Origin: an uncultured bacterium
Lineage (GTDB): Bacteria > Pseudomonadota > Gammaproteobacteria > Burkholderiales > SG8-39
Assembly (NCBI GenBank): GCA_965233185.1
Contig: CBDDSA010000059.1
Location: 1 to 55,647 of the forward strand
Direction: 5' to 3'
Length of the DNA stretch: 55,647 bases
Both the position numbers and the translations under genes were made by a program. Positions 1-13,290 of the stretch are shown here, one piece after another; within the stretch, counting starts at the first letter, position 1; each line of letters begins with the position of its first letter. Under the pieces are notes generated by a model. It ran no database searches. It was given only the letters and a program-made list of their open reading frames with translations, and was not told where the DNA came from.

Positions 1-1
1 C

Positions 2-259
2 ATGTACGAATCCGACCTGACCCGGTTCATGCGGGAGTTCCTCGAGGAGCACCCGGAAGAAGTGGAGTCGCAGCGCCGCGGCCGCGCCATCTGGTGGGAC
101 AAGCGCCCGGACGAGCGCTCGCCGCATCCGTCCATGCGCCATGCGCCGCGCTCCGGCGGCGCCGAGCATACTTTCGAGCCGAGCGGCGGCTACGAATGGA
201 GCTTCGGCGTGGACGACAACGCGCCCCCGCTGACAAAAAGTGGCAAGGGCACATTCTGA
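2..259 (+). CDS. DUF3460-family small protein
   Basis: N-terminal [14 protein letters not shown]...[11 protein letters not shown] resembles DUF3460; stop overlaps the prpD start (TGATG at 257-261). Confidence 0.7.
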   Translation: MYESDLTRFMREFLEEHPEEVESQRRGRAIWWDKRPDERSPHPSMRHAPRSGGAEHTFEPSGGYEWSFGVDDNAPPLTKSGKGTF

Positions 260-1689
260 TGTCAGCGCCCGTCTCCAACGTCCGGCCCAGCCCGGACAAA
301 GTGCTCACCGACATCGCCGACTACGTCGCCCGGTACGAGGTAGCGAGCGCCGAGGCCTACGGCACCGCCCGCTATTGCCTGATGGACACGCTGGGCTGCG
401 GCCTGGAGGCGCTCGAGTACCCCGCGTGCACCAAGCTCCTCGGCCCGGTGGTGCGCGGCACGCTGGTGCCGGGCGGCGCCAAGGTGCCCGGCACGCAGTT
501 CCAGCTCGACCCGGTCCAGGCGGCGTTCAACATCGGCGCCATGATCCGCTGGCTGGACTTCAACGACACCTGGCTCGCCGCCGAGTGGGGCCACCCGTCC
601 GACAACCTCGGCGGCAACCTCCCAACCGCCGATTGGCTCTCAAGGTCTTCAAAGAACCGAGTCCTTGTCAAGGACGTGCTGACGGCCATGATCAAGGCCC
701 ACGAGATCCAGGGCGTGCTCGCCCTCGAGAACAGCTTCAACCGCGTCGGCCTGGACCACGTGGTGCTGGTCAAGGTGGCCTCCACCGCGGTGGTGGCGCA
801 CATGATCGGCTGCAGCTACGACGAGTTGGTGAACGCAGTGTCGCTCGCCTGGGTGGACGGCCAGAGCCTGCGCACCTACCGCCACGCGCCCAACACCGGC
901 TCGCGCAAGAGCTGGGCGGCGGGCGATGCGTCTTCGCGCGCGGTGCGCCTCGCGCTCATCGCCAAGACCGGCGAGATGGGCTATCCCTCGGTGCTCACGG
1001 CGAAGACCTGGGGCTTCTACGACGTGCTGTTCAAGGGCCAGCCGTTCCGCTTCCAGCGGCCGTTTGGCAGCTACGTCATGGAGCACGTGCTGTTCAAGAT
1101 CTCCTTCCCCGCCGAATTCCACTCGCAGACCGCGGTGGAAGCGGCGATGCAGCTGCATCCCGTCGTGAAGAACCGGATTGAAGACATCAAAAACATAACC
1201 ATCCGGACTCACGAGGCGGCGATACGCATCATCGACAAGAAAGGGCCGCTCGACAATCCCGCCGACCGCGACCACTGCATCCAGTACATGGTCGCGGTGC
1301 CGCTGCTGTTCGGCCGCCTGACCGCGGCGGACTACGAAGACGACATCGCCGCCGACCCGCGCATCGACGCCCTGCGTGACAAGATCGTGTGCGTCGAGGA
1401 TGCGCAGTTCACCAAGGACTACCACGACCCCGACAAGCGCTCCATTGCCAACGGGCTCACGGTGGAGTTCAAGGACGGCAGGACGCTCGCCGAGACGGTG
1501 GTCGAGTACCCCATCGGCCACAAGCGCCGCCGCAAGGAAGGCATGCCGGTGCTGGTGGAGAAGTTCAAGACCAACCTCGCGCGCCGCTTCCCGGCCAAGC
1601 AGCAGCAGGCGATCCTCGAGCTGTGCATGGACGCGAAGCGCCTGGAGAGCACCCCGGTGGACGAGTTCGTCGACCTGTTCGTGATATGA
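259..1689 (+). CDS. prpD: 2-methylcitrate dehydratase
   Basis: Motifs [58 protein letters not shown]; ATG at 259 coupled to the upstream stop. Confidence 0.95.
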   Translation: MSAPVSNVRPSPDKVLTDIADYVARYEVASAEAYGTARYCLMDTLGCGLEALEYPACTKLLGPVVRGTLVPGGAKVPGTQFQLDPVQAAFNIGAMIRWLDFNDTWLAAEWGHPSDNLGGNLPTADWLSRSSKNRVLVKDVLTAMIKAHEIQGVLALENSFNRVGLDHVVLVKVASTAVVAHMIGCSYDELVNAVSLAWVDGQSLRTYRHAPNTGSRKSWAAGDASSRAVRLALIAKTGEMGYPSVLTAKTWGFYDVLFKGQPFRFQRPFGSYVMEHVLFKISFPAEFHSQTAVEAAMQLHPVVKNRIEDIKNITIRTHEAAIRIIDKKGPLDNPADRDHCIQYMVAVPLLFGRLTAADYEDDIAADPRIDALRDKIVCVEDAQFTKDYHDPDKRSIANGLTVEFKDGRTLAETVVEYPIGHKRRRKEGMPVLVEKFKTNLARRFPAKQQQAILELCMDAKRLESTPVDEFVDLFVI

Positions 1690-1869
1690 GCGCCTGGCTG
1701 GAAAAGCGCATCGCCGAGATCTCCGAGGAGATCCGGCATTATCCCGGCCCGATCGCCCGCTGCGACGAGCACCTGCCCGCGCTGCTCGAGGAGCGCGCGC
1801 GGCTGATTTCCCAGCTCGAAAAACAGGCCTGCAGCCCGCAAGCGCTGTGGACCAATGATGGAGGCTCCA

Positions 1870-1880
<11 letters not shown>
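1686..1880 (+). CDS. small hypothetical protein (64 aa, [10 protein letters not shown] motif)
   Basis: ATGA overlap with the prpD stop; 3' end overlaps the acnA start; host-like codon use. Confidence 0.65.
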
Positions 1881-4560
<2,680 letters not shown>

Positions 4561-4573
4561 CCCCTTTATTGGG

Positions 4574-5716
4574 TTAGCTTTCGCGCGATGCAGGGCGCGC
4601 GGCGTCGTGGGGCACGCGCCCGGTCTCGATGATGGTCTTCATGCGCAGCAGGTCGGAGTCCATCTCGCTTTTCGGGTCGGCGCCGAAGAGAGCGGCCACG
4701 GCGTGGCCGAAGGCGCCGCCGGGCGGGACATAGCACAGGCGGATGGTGATGCGGCTGCCGCCGTGGCGGTTCGCCTCGAAGCGCACCCAGCCTTCGTGCT
4801 TCACCGACGATTCGCGCGTCGAGCGCCACTTGATGAGCTCGTTCGGCGCCATCTCCTCGAGCCGCGCGTTCCACTGCACCGGCACGCCGGCCGGCCCCGC
4901 CACCACCCAGTGCGACGTGTCCTCGTGTACCTGCACCTCGCGCACGTTGCGCATGAAGCGCGGAAAGTTCTGGTAGTCGGTCCAGAAGGCGAACACCTCC
5001 TCGACCGGCGCATCCACGTTGATGGTCTTCTGCACCACGATGCCGTCGGCCGGGTCGGCGATGCCCAGGAGCAGGGAGAGCTTCTTGTTGGTGGCGGCGC
5101 GCGCCACGAGCGTGCCGCCGGTCAGCGCGAGGAGCGCGCAGGCGCCCGTGCCACGCACGCGGTAGGCCGTGGCCATGAGGCTCGCGCCGAACGAGCCGAC
5201 CGCCAGGCGCGCCGCCGGCGACCAGTTTTCCTGCATCAGCTCGAAGCGGCTGCCGGGCGCCGGATGGCCGCCCTGCAGCGCCGAGACGCGCGCGCCGTCC
5301 TCGTGCACGCTCAGGCAATCGCTCACCGCGCGCACGCCCGGCACGCGGCGCACGTGGCGCAGCAGCGGACGCACTTCGTCGGCGAGGATCGGGCCCGACA
5401 GCGTGACATGCCCGCCCTCGGCGGCCACCTCGACCGCGTGCGAGTGGGAAACGAAGCGCCCGAGCTCGGCCCTTACCCGCTCCACCAGCACGTCGTCGCC
5501 GACCGGCTCGTGGTCGAACAGCTTGCGCGTGCTCGCCCATACGCCCTTCGCCCGATGCACGGTGTCGCGCGCGGTCACCTTGCCGGCTTCGTTCAGCACC
5601 CGGCTCGCGTGCACCGCCTTGTCGCGCGTGCGCGCGCGCCGGCGGCGGCCCTGCTGCGGATCCAGAAAGTACATCGCGAGCGCACCGAGCGCGCCGCCGA
5701 GGAAAATGCGATTCAT
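4574..5716 (-). CDS. BON domain + SRPBCC (cyclase/dehydrase-like) protein
   Basis: N-terminal hydrophobic MYFLDP-RRR segment, BON-like VRAELGR...VTLSGP, C-terminal INVDAPVEEVFAFW..NFPRFM SRPBCC signature; GGAGG RBS. Confidence 0.8.
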   Translation of the reverse strand: MNRIFLGGALGALAMYFLDPQQGRRRRARTRDKAVHASRVLNEAGKVTARDTVHRAKGVWASTRKLFDHEPVGDDVLVERVRAELGRFVSHSHAVEVAAEGGHVTLSGPILADEVRPLLRHVRRVPGVRAVSDCLSVHEDGARVSALQGGHPAPGSRFELMQENWSPAARLAVGSFGASLMATAYRVRGTGACALLALTGGTLVARAATNKKLSLLLGIADPADGIVVQKTINVDAPVEEVFAFWTDYQNFPRFMRNVREVQVHEDTSHWVVAGPAGVPVQWNARLEEMAPNELIKWRSTRESSVKHEGWVRFEANRHGGSRITIRLCYVPPGGAFGHAVAALFGADPKSEMDSDLLRMKTIIETGRVPHDAARPASRES

Positions 5717-5771
5717 GAGCGGTTAAACCTCCGTGGAAGAAACCCGATCGGTATCGGGGGGTCCAATCAGC

Positions 5772-6248
5772 ATGGCTACCACATGGATCGTCGCGGCCGA
5801 TGAAAGCCGCGCCAGAGTGCTGCAAGTTGCGCGCCCGGACGAGCACCTGGTGGAAATCGAGAACCTGCTGAACCCGCAAGGCCGCCTCCAGGAGCGGGAA
5901 ATGCAGACGGACGCCGAGCCGCGCTTCAACGGCCACGGCGGCGTGGGCAAAGCCGGCACTGCCCCCACCGGCGGGCCGCCCAGCGACCGCGAGACCCAGG
6001 GCGCGGGCGAGCACAGCGCGAAGATGTTCGCGAAAGAGGTGGGGCGCTACCTCGAAAAAGCGCGCACGCAGCACCGCTTCGACGAGCTGGTGCTGGTGGC
6101 GCCGCCCAAATTCCTCGGCGCCCTGCGCAAGGAGCTCGACAAGGAAGTCGGGAAGCTCGTTACCCAGGAGCTGTCCAAGGACCTCTCCGGATTCAACGCC
6201 CGGGACCTGGAGGCCTACTTCGCGCAAGGAAGTGGCCGAGCGCCTTGA
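5772..6248 (+). CDS. host attachment family (AtsE/baeRF-like) protein
   Basis: TWIVAADESRAR start and LVLVAPPKFLGALR...KDL C-terminal motif. Confidence 0.8.
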   Translation: MATTWIVAADESRARVLQVARPDEHLVEIENLLNPQGRLQEREMQTDAEPRFNGHGGVGKAGTAPTGGPPSDRETQGAGEHSAKMFAKEVGRYLEKARTQHRFDELVLVAPPKFLGALRKELDKEVGKLVTQELSKDLSGFNARDLEAYFAQGSGRAP

Positions 6249-6771
6249 TGTCGGAATCCGAGACGCCGTAGAGCGCCGCCGCCATGATGGTGTCGCCGCC
6301 TTTGCGCTGGCCGTCGCGGTAGGCCAGCATCTCCGAGACGAGGTACTCCTCGCGCTGGCCCGCAAGGCGCGGGATCTGGTTCTGACCGCCGAAGTCGGCG
6401 GTATGGCACACGCCGCAGCGCAGCGCCCGCGCCCGGGCAGCCCCCTGCTTCATGAGCCCGGGGTCGGCCGGACCGGTGGCCGCCGATCTCGCAGGCAGCC
6501 TGGAAAAATGCTCCGCCAGGCGCGTAATTTCCGGGTCTTTCATGCCCTTCACCAGCGGCAGCATTTGCGGCGCCGGGCGCAGCTCTTCCCGGATCAGCAC
6601 CAGCTGCGTCTCGAGAAAAAGCTTCGGCTGCCCGGCGATGGAGGGAATACCGGCGCTCACCGAGTTGCCACCCGGCCCGTGGCAGGTAAGACAGGTCTCC
6701 TGAGAAAAAACAATGGAAGAAAAAAGGGCGGCGAGCATGAGCGCCCACCGCCCCCGGCGCAGTAGCGGCAC
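6193..6771 (-). CDS. periplasmic diheme cytochrome c (c4-like)
   Basis: Two CxxCH motifs (CLTCH, CGVCH), each followed by P.(I/L)AGQ and a distal Met; signal peptide; GTG at 6771 overlaps the upstream stop (alternative ATG at 6738). Confidence 0.85.
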   Translation of the reverse strand: MPLLRRGRWALMLAALFSSIVFSQETCLTCHGPGGNSVSAGIPSIAGQPKLFLETQLVLIREELRPAPQMLPLVKGMKDPEITRLAEHFSRLPARSAATGPADPGLMKQGAARARALRCGVCHTADFGGQNQIPRLAGQREEYLVSEMLAYRDGQRKGGDTIMAAALYGVSDSDIKALGHFLARSRPPGPGR

Positions 6772-8012
6772 TACTTCTTCTTCGCCTTGGCCTGGCCCTT
6801 GGGCGCCTGGTAGCTGATGCGGTAGATGGCGCCCACCTGCTCGTCGCTGACCAGCAGCGCGCCGTCGGGCATTTGCGCGACGTAGGCCGGCCGGCCCCAG
6901 AACTTGTAGCTGTCCTTGCTCTCGTTGAAGCCGGTCAGGAAGGGCGTCAGTTTCGCTTCCTTGCCATCGGCGCCCGTGCGCACGTTCACCACGTCGAAGC
7001 CGCTGGGCTTGCTGCGGTTCCAGGAGCCCTTGCGCGCGATGAACATGGTGTTCTGGTACTCCTTCGGAAACATCTTGCCGGTATAGAACTTCACGCCCAT
7101 GGCCGCGGCATGCGGTCCCATGAGGCGCACCGGAAGCGTGACACCCTTGCACGCCTGCTCCTTCGGCTTCTTAAAGTCCTGGTCGGTGATGCCGTTGGCG
7201 TGGCAGTAGGGAAAGCCGAAGTTGGCGCCGGGCTTGGCCAGGCGGTTCAGCTCGTCCTGCGGTCCGTTGTCGCCCATCCAGTCGCGGCCGTGGTCGGTGA
7301 ACCACAGCTGCTTGGTGCGCGGATGCCAGTCGAAGCCCACCGAATTGCGCACGCCGGTGGCGACCACTTCCTTGCCCGAGCCGTCGGCGTTGTAGCGGCG
7401 GATCTGCGCGTATTCCTTCGACGGCTCGCAGATGTTGCATGGCGCGCCGAACGGCACGTAGAGCTTGCCGTCGGGGCTGAAGGCCACGTACTTCCAGTTG
7501 TGGTGCTGCTCCTTGGGCAGATCGAACTTCTCGGTCAGGTCCTGCGGCTGCGCGCTCGCGTTGCCCGCGATGCCGTCGTACTTCAGCACCTTGTCGATGG
7601 CGAAGACATAGAGCGCGCCGTCCTTGTAGGCCACGCCGGCGGGCTGCGTGAGCTTGTCCGCCACGGTGCGCACGGTGCGCTTGTCGCCGGCGTCGGTGAC
7701 CTCGTACACGCGGCCGATGCCGCGCGTGCCGACATAAACCTTCTTGCCGTCTTCCGACAGCGCCATGGCGCGCCCGCCCGGCAGGCCCGAAGCCCACAGC
7801 TCGACCTTGAAGCCCGCGGGCGCCTTCAGCTTTTTCACCGGGATCTCGCTCGCCGGCGTCTCGGTCATCTTGCCGGCGTGCGGCGCAAGCTTCGAATCCT
7901 TCATTTTGTCCGGCATGCCCTGCTTCCACGCCGGCTGGCCCTGCGACTGGGCGGCAAACGGGAAAACGGCGAACGCCGCCGCGACCGCGAAACCGATGGC
8001 ACTTCTTTTCAT
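6771..8012 (-). CDS. PQQ-dependent sugar/sorbosone dehydrogenase family protein (periplasmic)
   Basis: Signal peptide; HHNWKY, GAPCNIC, GVRNSVGFDWHP, DHGRDWMGD, GFPYCH, GSWNRS, GRP, SDE motifs. Confidence 0.88.
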   Translation of the reverse strand: MKRSAIGFAVAAAFAVFPFAAQSQGQPAWKQGMPDKMKDSKLAPHAGKMTETPASEIPVKKLKAPAGFKVELWASGLPGGRAMALSEDGKKVYVGTRGIGRVYEVTDAGDKRTVRTVADKLTQPAGVAYKDGALYVFAIDKVLKYDGIAGNASAQPQDLTEKFDLPKEQHHNWKYVAFSPDGKLYVPFGAPCNICEPSKEYAQIRRYNADGSGKEVVATGVRNSVGFDWHPRTKQLWFTDHGRDWMGDNGPQDELNRLAKPGANFGFPYCHANGITDQDFKKPKEQACKGVTLPVRLMGPHAAAMGVKFYTGKMFPKEYQNTMFIARKGSWNRSKPSGFDVVNVRTGADGKEAKLTPFLTGFNESKDSYKFWGRPAYVAQMPDGALLVSDEQVGAIYRISYQAPKGQAKAKKK

Positions 8013-8039
8013 GGTGGGTCCTCCTCTGGGGGAGTGCTA

Positions 8040-10079
8040 TTAAAACTGAAGGCTGGCCTGAATGCCAACGGTCATATTGCGGCGCGGCGAAGGCTCGTAG
8101 TAGCGCCCGTTGCCGTCGTTCACGATGACCGAGCCGGCATAGTCGCGGTCGGCCAGGTTATCGATGCGTACGAACTCGGTCACCCGCCAGCGCCGGCCCT
8201 GCTGCACCAGGCCGGCCGCCGCGTTGAACACCGTGAAGGCCCCGGCGAACTCGGAATTCTGGTCGTTCACGGCGACGCGCGAGCGCGCCAGGCCCTCCAG
8301 TTGGGCGAAATAGCCGGGCCTGCGGTAGCGCAGCTCGCCGTAGAGCTGGCTGCGCGGCACGCCGGGGAGCCGGCTGCCGGCCGGCACGGTGAGCGTGCCG
8401 GTGGGGAAGCCTTCGCGGAACGTGGCCTCCAGGTAGGACCATGCGGCGCGCGCTTCCCAGGCGCCGCCCAGCACGGTTTCCAGCCCGAGCTCGAAGCCCC
8501 GCCGATCGGTATGCCCGGCGTTCTTGAAAATCGCGCGCCCGAGGTTATTCACGTCCACCACGATCTCGTCCTCGGTCACGATGTCGAAAAGGGCGGCGTT
8601 CAGCCGCAGCGCGCTCGCCACGATCGCCTTGAACCCCACTTCGGCATGCCGGCTGCGGCTTGCGTCGAGCTCGAAGTTGAGCCCGGTGCCGCCGCTGCGG
8701 TAGGCGAGCTCGACGAACGTCGGCGTCTCGAAGCCGCGGCCCAGGTTCGCATAGAGCGAAAGGCGCGGGGACGCCCGGTAAAGCAGCCCGACCACCGGAG
8801 TGGTGGCGCTGAAGTCGCGCTTGCCGCTGTCGTCGGGGTTGTCGGCGGTAACGAAGTCGTCCTCGGATTCGAAGCGCACGCGGCTGTGCCGCACGCCGCC
8901 GTGGAGCGACCAGCGCGCGGCCAGCCGCCACTCGGCCTGCGCGTAGACGTCCGAGCTGCGCACGCCGTTGTCCTCGTCGCGCCTGAGGGCACCGGCGAGG
9001 CCGAACTCGTTGACGAAACCGCGCCGCCGCTCCTGCATGCGCTCGTGCTCGACGCCGAGCGAAAGGCGCACCGCGGAGAAGTCCCTGGAATAGCGCAGCG
9101 CGCCGCCGCCATAGCTGCGCTCGAGGTTCACCACCCCGCCGGCGCTCAACAAGGGCGTGGCGCCGCGGAAAGCGAGGAACTGCTCGACGAAGCGCTCGCC
9201 CCCGTACAGCGTGGCTTCGAGGCGCCCGGCGCCCAGCCGGTGGCTCAAGGTCGTGCCGACCTGGTCCTGGTTCACCGTCTTGCGCGTATTGAAGAGGAAC
9301 GCGCCGGCCACCGCCTGGCGAGGATCGTCTTCGAAGTCGCTGCGCGTGAGGCCGAGCGGATCTTGCGTGTCCGGCTGGCGCAGGCTGTTAGCCACCAGCG
9401 TGAACGACGTGTCGTCGCTTAGCCTGTAGCGCAGCTTGGCGTTCAGGTGGTCGCGCGTCGCGGCGCTGTGCTCGCGGTAGCCGTTGGTGTCGAAGCGGGA
9501 AACGTCGCCGATGGCGTTGAGCGCGCCCCACTGGCCGCCGAAGAGGAGGCCGGCACGCCAGGTGTCGTAGCTGCCGGCATGCAGGCTCGCCTCGCCGGTC
9601 GGAGTTTGCGGCCCGTCGCGCGTCTCGATGCTGATCACGCCGCCCGAGGCGTTGCCGTACAGGGCCGAGAACGGGCCGCGCAGCACCTCGATGCGCTCGG
9701 CCGAGGACAGCGAAAAGGTGGCCGCCTGCCCCTGCCCGTCCGGCATGGTCGCCGGGATGCCGTCGGCGATCAGGCGGATGCCGCGCACGCCGAAGGTGGA
9801 GCGCGCGCCGAAGCCGCGCGAGGAAATCTGCAGGTCCTGGGCGTAGTTCTGCCGGTTCTGCACCACGATCCCCGGCACGCGGCCGAGGCTCTCGGACAGG
9901 TTCACCTGCGGCCGGCCGGCGCGGATCTCGTCGGCCTCGATGCGGTCCACCGAGGCGGGCACCTGGAGGCTGGGTTGCGGCGCGCGGGTAGCCGTGACCA
10001 CGACCGCATCGTCCTGCTGCTGCGCGACGACCATGACCGGCAGGAGCGCGGCCGCCAGCACAGCCAGGACTTTTTGCAT
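8040..10079 (-). CDS. TonB-dependent receptor, YncD/PqqU-like
   Basis: TonB box VVVTATR; plug NLSESLGRVPG..QNRQNYAQDLQISSRGFGARSTFGVRGIRL..DGIPATMPDGQGQ closely resembles E. coli YncD as I recall it; C-terminal Phe. Confidence 0.85.
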   Translation of the reverse strand: MQKVLAVLAAALLPVMVVAQQQDDAVVVTATRAPQPSLQVPASVDRIEADEIRAGRPQVNLSESLGRVPGIVVQNRQNYAQDLQISSRGFGARSTFGVRGIRLIADGIPATMPDGQGQAATFSLSSAERIEVLRGPFSALYGNASGGVISIETRDGPQTPTGEASLHAGSYDTWRAGLLFGGQWGALNAIGDVSRFDTNGYREHSAATRDHLNAKLRYRLSDDTSFTLVANSLRQPDTQDPLGLTRSDFEDDPRQAVAGAFLFNTRKTVNQDQVGTTLSHRLGAGRLEATLYGGERFVEQFLAFRGATPLLSAGGVVNLERSYGGGALRYSRDFSAVRLSLGVEHERMQERRRGFVNEFGLAGALRRDEDNGVRSSDVYAQAEWRLAARWSLHGGVRHSRVRFESEDDFVTADNPDDSGKRDFSATTPVVGLLYRASPRLSLYANLGRGFETPTFVELAYRSGGTGLNFELDASRSRHAEVGFKAIVASALRLNAALFDIVTEDEIVVDVNNLGRAIFKNAGHTDRRGFELGLETVLGGAWEARAAWSYLEATFREGFPTGTLTVPAGSRLPGVPRSQLYGELRYRRPGYFAQLEGLARSRVAVNDQNSEFAGAFTVFNAAAGLVQQGRRWRVTEFVRIDNLADRDYAGSVIVNDGNGRYYEPSPRRNMTVGIQASLQF

Positions 10080-10124
10080 TCGGGCTAGGCTACCCGGAAC
10101 CGCTTCACGAATAAACTGTTTCCT

Positions 10125-10638
10125 ATGCGGCACGCGCTTCTTCTGCTCGTCGGCCTGTTCTGGATCGGCTGCGCAACCGCCGACCCGCGCTGGAGACATG
10201 ACGAGCTACGAAGATTGCGCGAGCCAGCGCAACCTGACGGATAAAGGCCGGGAGGAAGCGCGCGCGATCGGCGCGCATGTCAGGCGGCTGGGCATTCCGG
10301 TCGGCGAGGTGCTCGCCAGCCCTTACTGCCGCACCATGGAGACCGCGCGGCTTGCGTTCGGCAAGGCGCGCGCCAGCAACGACGTGCGCGGCGGGCCGGT
10401 GGAGGCGGGACGCTATAACGCCCTGAAGAAACTGCTGTCGACCCGGGTTAAGGAGGGGGAAAACCGTGTCATCTCCAGCCACGGTAATCCGTTCCAGGCG
10501 CTGGCCGGGTCGCCTTACCTTGCGGAAGGCGAGATAGCGGTGGTGCGCCCGGAAGGCGGGATGCGCTTTAGCGTGGTGACTAGGATTCCTCCGGCGGACT
10601 GGCCAGCGCTTCGAGCTGCCGGCGATCGCGCTTGGTAG
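10125..10638 (+). pseudogene. secreted histidine phosphatase family gene, internally deleted and frameshifted
   Basis: ATG 10125 gives a signal peptide (MRHALLLLVGLFWIGCATA); the phosphatase body (QRNLTDKGREEA..LASPYCRTMETA..SHGN) is in another frame from ~10195; the catalytic RH motif is missing. Confidence 0.65.
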
Positions 10639-10960
10639 GCCGGCCTTTCAGCGCAGCGGAGGGCTCGGCATTCCAGCGCCGCAGGTCCATGCGCCGCTCG
10701 CGCTCGGCGCGGCTCGCCTCGGTTTCCTGGTAGAGCTTGCGGGCCTGCACCGCGGGCCCGCGCTGCTCCGAAAGACCGAGCACCTGCACATGCCAGTCGA
10801 GCTCGCCCACCCGGATGGATACGGCGTCGGCGAGCTTCAGGCCGTGCGAGGGCTTCACGCGTTCGTCGTTCAGCTTGACGCGCCCGGCCGCGATCGCCTG
10901 CTGCGCCAGGCTGCGCGTCTTGAAAAAACGCGCCGCCCACAGCCATTTGTCGAGGCGCAC
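10580..10960 (-). CDS. hslR: ribosome-associated heat shock protein Hsp15 (S4 domain)
   Basis: [18 protein letters not shown] and GRPTKRDRR motifs. Confidence 0.92.
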   Translation of the reverse strand: MRLDKWLWAARFFKTRSLAQQAIAAGRVKLNDERVKPSHGLKLADAVSIRVGELDWHVQVLGLSEQRGPAVQARKLYQETEASRAERERRMDLRRWNAEPSAALKGRPTKRDRRQLEALASPPEES

Positions 10961-10976
10961 GGACGCAGGCCGTCCC

Positions 10977-11633
10977 TTAAGCCTTCGCCAGCACTCCGAC
11001 CGGACACGACACGCCGGTGCCGCTCAGGCCGCAGTAGCCGTTCGGGTTCTTGCCGAGGTATTGCTGGTGGTAGTCCTCGGCGTAATAGAACTCGGGCGCT
11101 GGGTAAATCTCGGTCGTGATCGGGGCGAAGCCCTTGGCCTTCAGCGCTTTTTCGAAGGCCTGCTTCGACTCGGCCGCAAGCCTTGCCTGCTCCTCGCCAT
11201 ACGTGTAGATCGCCGAGCGATATTGCGTGCCGGCGTCGTTGCCCTGGCGCATGCCCTGCGTCGGGTCGTGGCTTTCCCAGAAGCGCTTGAGCAGCTCCTC
11301 GTACGACACGACCTTGGGGTCGAACACCACCAGCACCATCTCGGCGTGGTTGGTGAACCCGCTGCAGACTTCCTCGTAAGTGGGATTCTTGGTCTCGCCG
11401 CCGGCATAGCCCACCGCCGTGGAGTACACGCCGGGCATCTCCCAGAACACGCGCTCGGCGCCCCAGAAGCAGCCCATGCCGAACTGGGCGAGCTCGAGTC
11501 CTTCGGGAAACGGCGGCTGCAGCCGGTGGCCGTTGACGAAGTGCTTGTCGGGTACCGGCATCTTCGCCGCGCGCCCGGGGATCGTGCTCTGCGCCGGCAG
11601 CAGCCGGGTCATTTTCTTCATGAAGCCGAACAT
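10977..11633 (-). CDS. msrA: peptide-methionine (S)-S-oxide reductase
   Basis: [34 protein letters not shown]; GGAGG RBS before ATG 11633. Confidence 0.96.
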   Translation of the reverse strand: MFGFMKKMTRLLPAQSTIPGRAAKMPVPDKHFVNGHRLQPPFPEGLELAQFGMGCFWGAERVFWEMPGVYSTAVGYAGGETKNPTYEEVCSGFTNHAEMVLVVFDPKVVSYEELLKRFWESHDPTQGMRQGNDAGTQYRSAIYTYGEEQARLAAESKQAFEKALKAKGFAPITTEIYPAPEFYYAEDYHQQYLGKNPNGYCGLSGTGVSCPVGVLAKA

Positions 11634-11660
11634 GGAACCTCCTGCTTTTAGAATAACACC

Positions 11661-12653
11661 ATGAAAATCTGCGTCTACGGCGCGGGCGCCGTCGGGGGTT
11701 TGATCGCCGCGCGGCTCTCGCGTTCCGGCCACGACGTGTCGATCGTGGCGCGCGGCAGCGTCCTCGAGGCGATCCGCCGCCACGGGCTGCGGGTGCGCAG
11801 CCGTGCCAGCGGCGAGGTCGAAAGCCATCGGCTGCGCGCGGAAAGCGACCCGGCGGTGCTCGGGCCGCAGGACTACGTGGTGGTGTCGGTCAAGGCGCAG
11901 AGCCTGCAGGAAGTCGCCGCGGGGATCGGACCGTTGGTCGGGGCCGACAGCTCGATCCTTACGGCGATGAACGGCGTGCCGTGGTGGTTTTTCGACCGGC
12001 TTCGCTTCGGCAACGGGGCGCTGCGCCTGCAGTCCCTCGATCCGGGCGGAAAGCTCGCGCGCGCCATGCCCACCGAGCGCATCGTGGGCTGCGTGATCCA
12101 CCTCGCCGCCTCCACCCCGGAGCCCGGCCTGGTGAGCCACAACATGGGCGCGCGGCTGATCCTGGGAGAGCCCGGCGGGCGCAACACGCGGCGTACGCAG
12201 CGCATCGCCGAGGCCCTGACCGGGGCCGGCTTCGAGGCGGTGCTGAGCGAGTTCATCGAGAAGGAGTTCTGGGTGAAGCTCCTGGGCAACGTGAGCTTCA
12301 ACCCGGTATCGGCGCTCACCACGAGCACCGCGGACCGGCTCATCGAGGATGCGCACGTGAAGGCCTACATGGTGCAGATCATGCGCGAGGTGCTCGCCAT
12401 CGGCCGCGCGGTCGGCGTGGACGCCGACATTGACCCGGAGGCGCGCATCGACATGGCGCGCCAGCTGGGCCAATTCAAGACCTCGATGCTGCAGGACCTG
12501 GAAGCCGGCAAGCCGCTGGAGATCGACGGCCTGCTCGCCGGCACGCTGGAGGGCGCCGGCAAGGCGGGCGTGCCGGCGCCGTTCACCGAGAGCCTGTTCG
12601 GCCTGATCCGCGCGCGCGCCCTCTCCAGCCACCAATACCGGCCGACGACATGA
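11661..12653 (+). CDS. panE: 2-dehydropantoate 2-reductase (ApbA/PanE family)
   Basis: GAGAVGG Rossmann motif, [31 protein letters not shown]. Confidence 0.85.
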   Translation: MKICVYGAGAVGGLIAARLSRSGHDVSIVARGSVLEAIRRHGLRVRSRASGEVESHRLRAESDPAVLGPQDYVVVSVKAQSLQEVAAGIGPLVGADSSILTAMNGVPWWFFDRLRFGNGALRLQSLDPGGKLARAMPTERIVGCVIHLAASTPEPGLVSHNMGARLILGEPGGRNTRRTQRIAEALTGAGFEAVLSEFIEKEFWVKLLGNVSFNPVSALTTSTADRLIEDAHVKAYMVQIMREVLAIGRAVGVDADIDPEARIDMARQLGQFKTSMLQDLEAGKPLEIDGLLAGTLEGAGKAGVPAPFTESLFGLIRARALSSHQYRPTT

Positions 12654-13288
12654 CAAGAGCCCTGCTCATCGCACTGCTGCTTCTTCCTTTCTGCGCGCAG
12701 GCGCAATACGACGGCCCGGCGCTCGACGCCTGCCGCGCCTACGCCAAGAAGGAGGCGGCGCGCGAGGGCATGAGCGTAAGCGACGTGGTGCTCGAGCGCG
12801 ACACGGCGCTCGCCATGGAGCGCTATGGCCGTAAGGCGGGCAGCCAGACCATCGGCTTCGTGCTCACCGGCAACGGCGCGGTGGTGCTGCCCGGCTCGCC
12901 GAGCGCCGAGCTCTCGTTCATCTGCCTGCTGGCCGACGAGAAGCGGCCGCTGTTCTTCAACTGGCTGCCGCGCCAGAACGCCGGCGCGCTGGCGCAATGC
13001 CGGCGCGATCAGGCGGTGCGCCGCCGGGCGCAATCGTGCCTGGATCTTCTGCTGCGCACCGCCGAGATGGACCTCACCCAGTACTACGCGAGCAGCTTCC
13101 AGCAGGCGCACGAGCGCGGCGAGCAGGCGCTTGCCGCCTACCGCAAGTCGAACGACGCATGGCTGCAATACCGCGATGCCGAATGCGCGCGCCGGCGCGC
13201 CGCCCCGCCCCCCGGCGTGTCGGCGGACGAGGCGCGCACCGCGTGCGTGGTCGAGCTCACCCGGCGGCGCGGCCTGGACCTGAGGTAG
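12650..13288 (+). CDS. secreted protein with C-terminal LprI/DUF1311-like domain
   Basis: Signal peptide; [13 protein letters not shown]...AC..ELTRRR pattern; ATGA overlap with panE. Confidence 0.65.
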   Translation: MTRALLIALLLLPFCAQAQYDGPALDACRAYAKKEAAREGMSVSDVVLERDTALAMERYGRKAGSQTIGFVLTGNGAVVLPGSPSAELSFICLLADEKRPLFFNWLPRQNAGALAQCRRDQAVRRRAQSCLDLLLRTAEMDLTQYYASSFQQAHERGEQALAAYRKSNDAWLQYRDAECARRRAAPPPGVSADEARTACVVELTRRRGLDLR

Positions 13289-13290
13289 CC

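Noticed and set aside
610-670. Locally AT-richer patch in prpD ([18 protein letters not shown])
   Set aside because: The frame is intact and the patch is short and mostly in a variable loop; it cannot be told apart from ordinary divergence or base-call noise.
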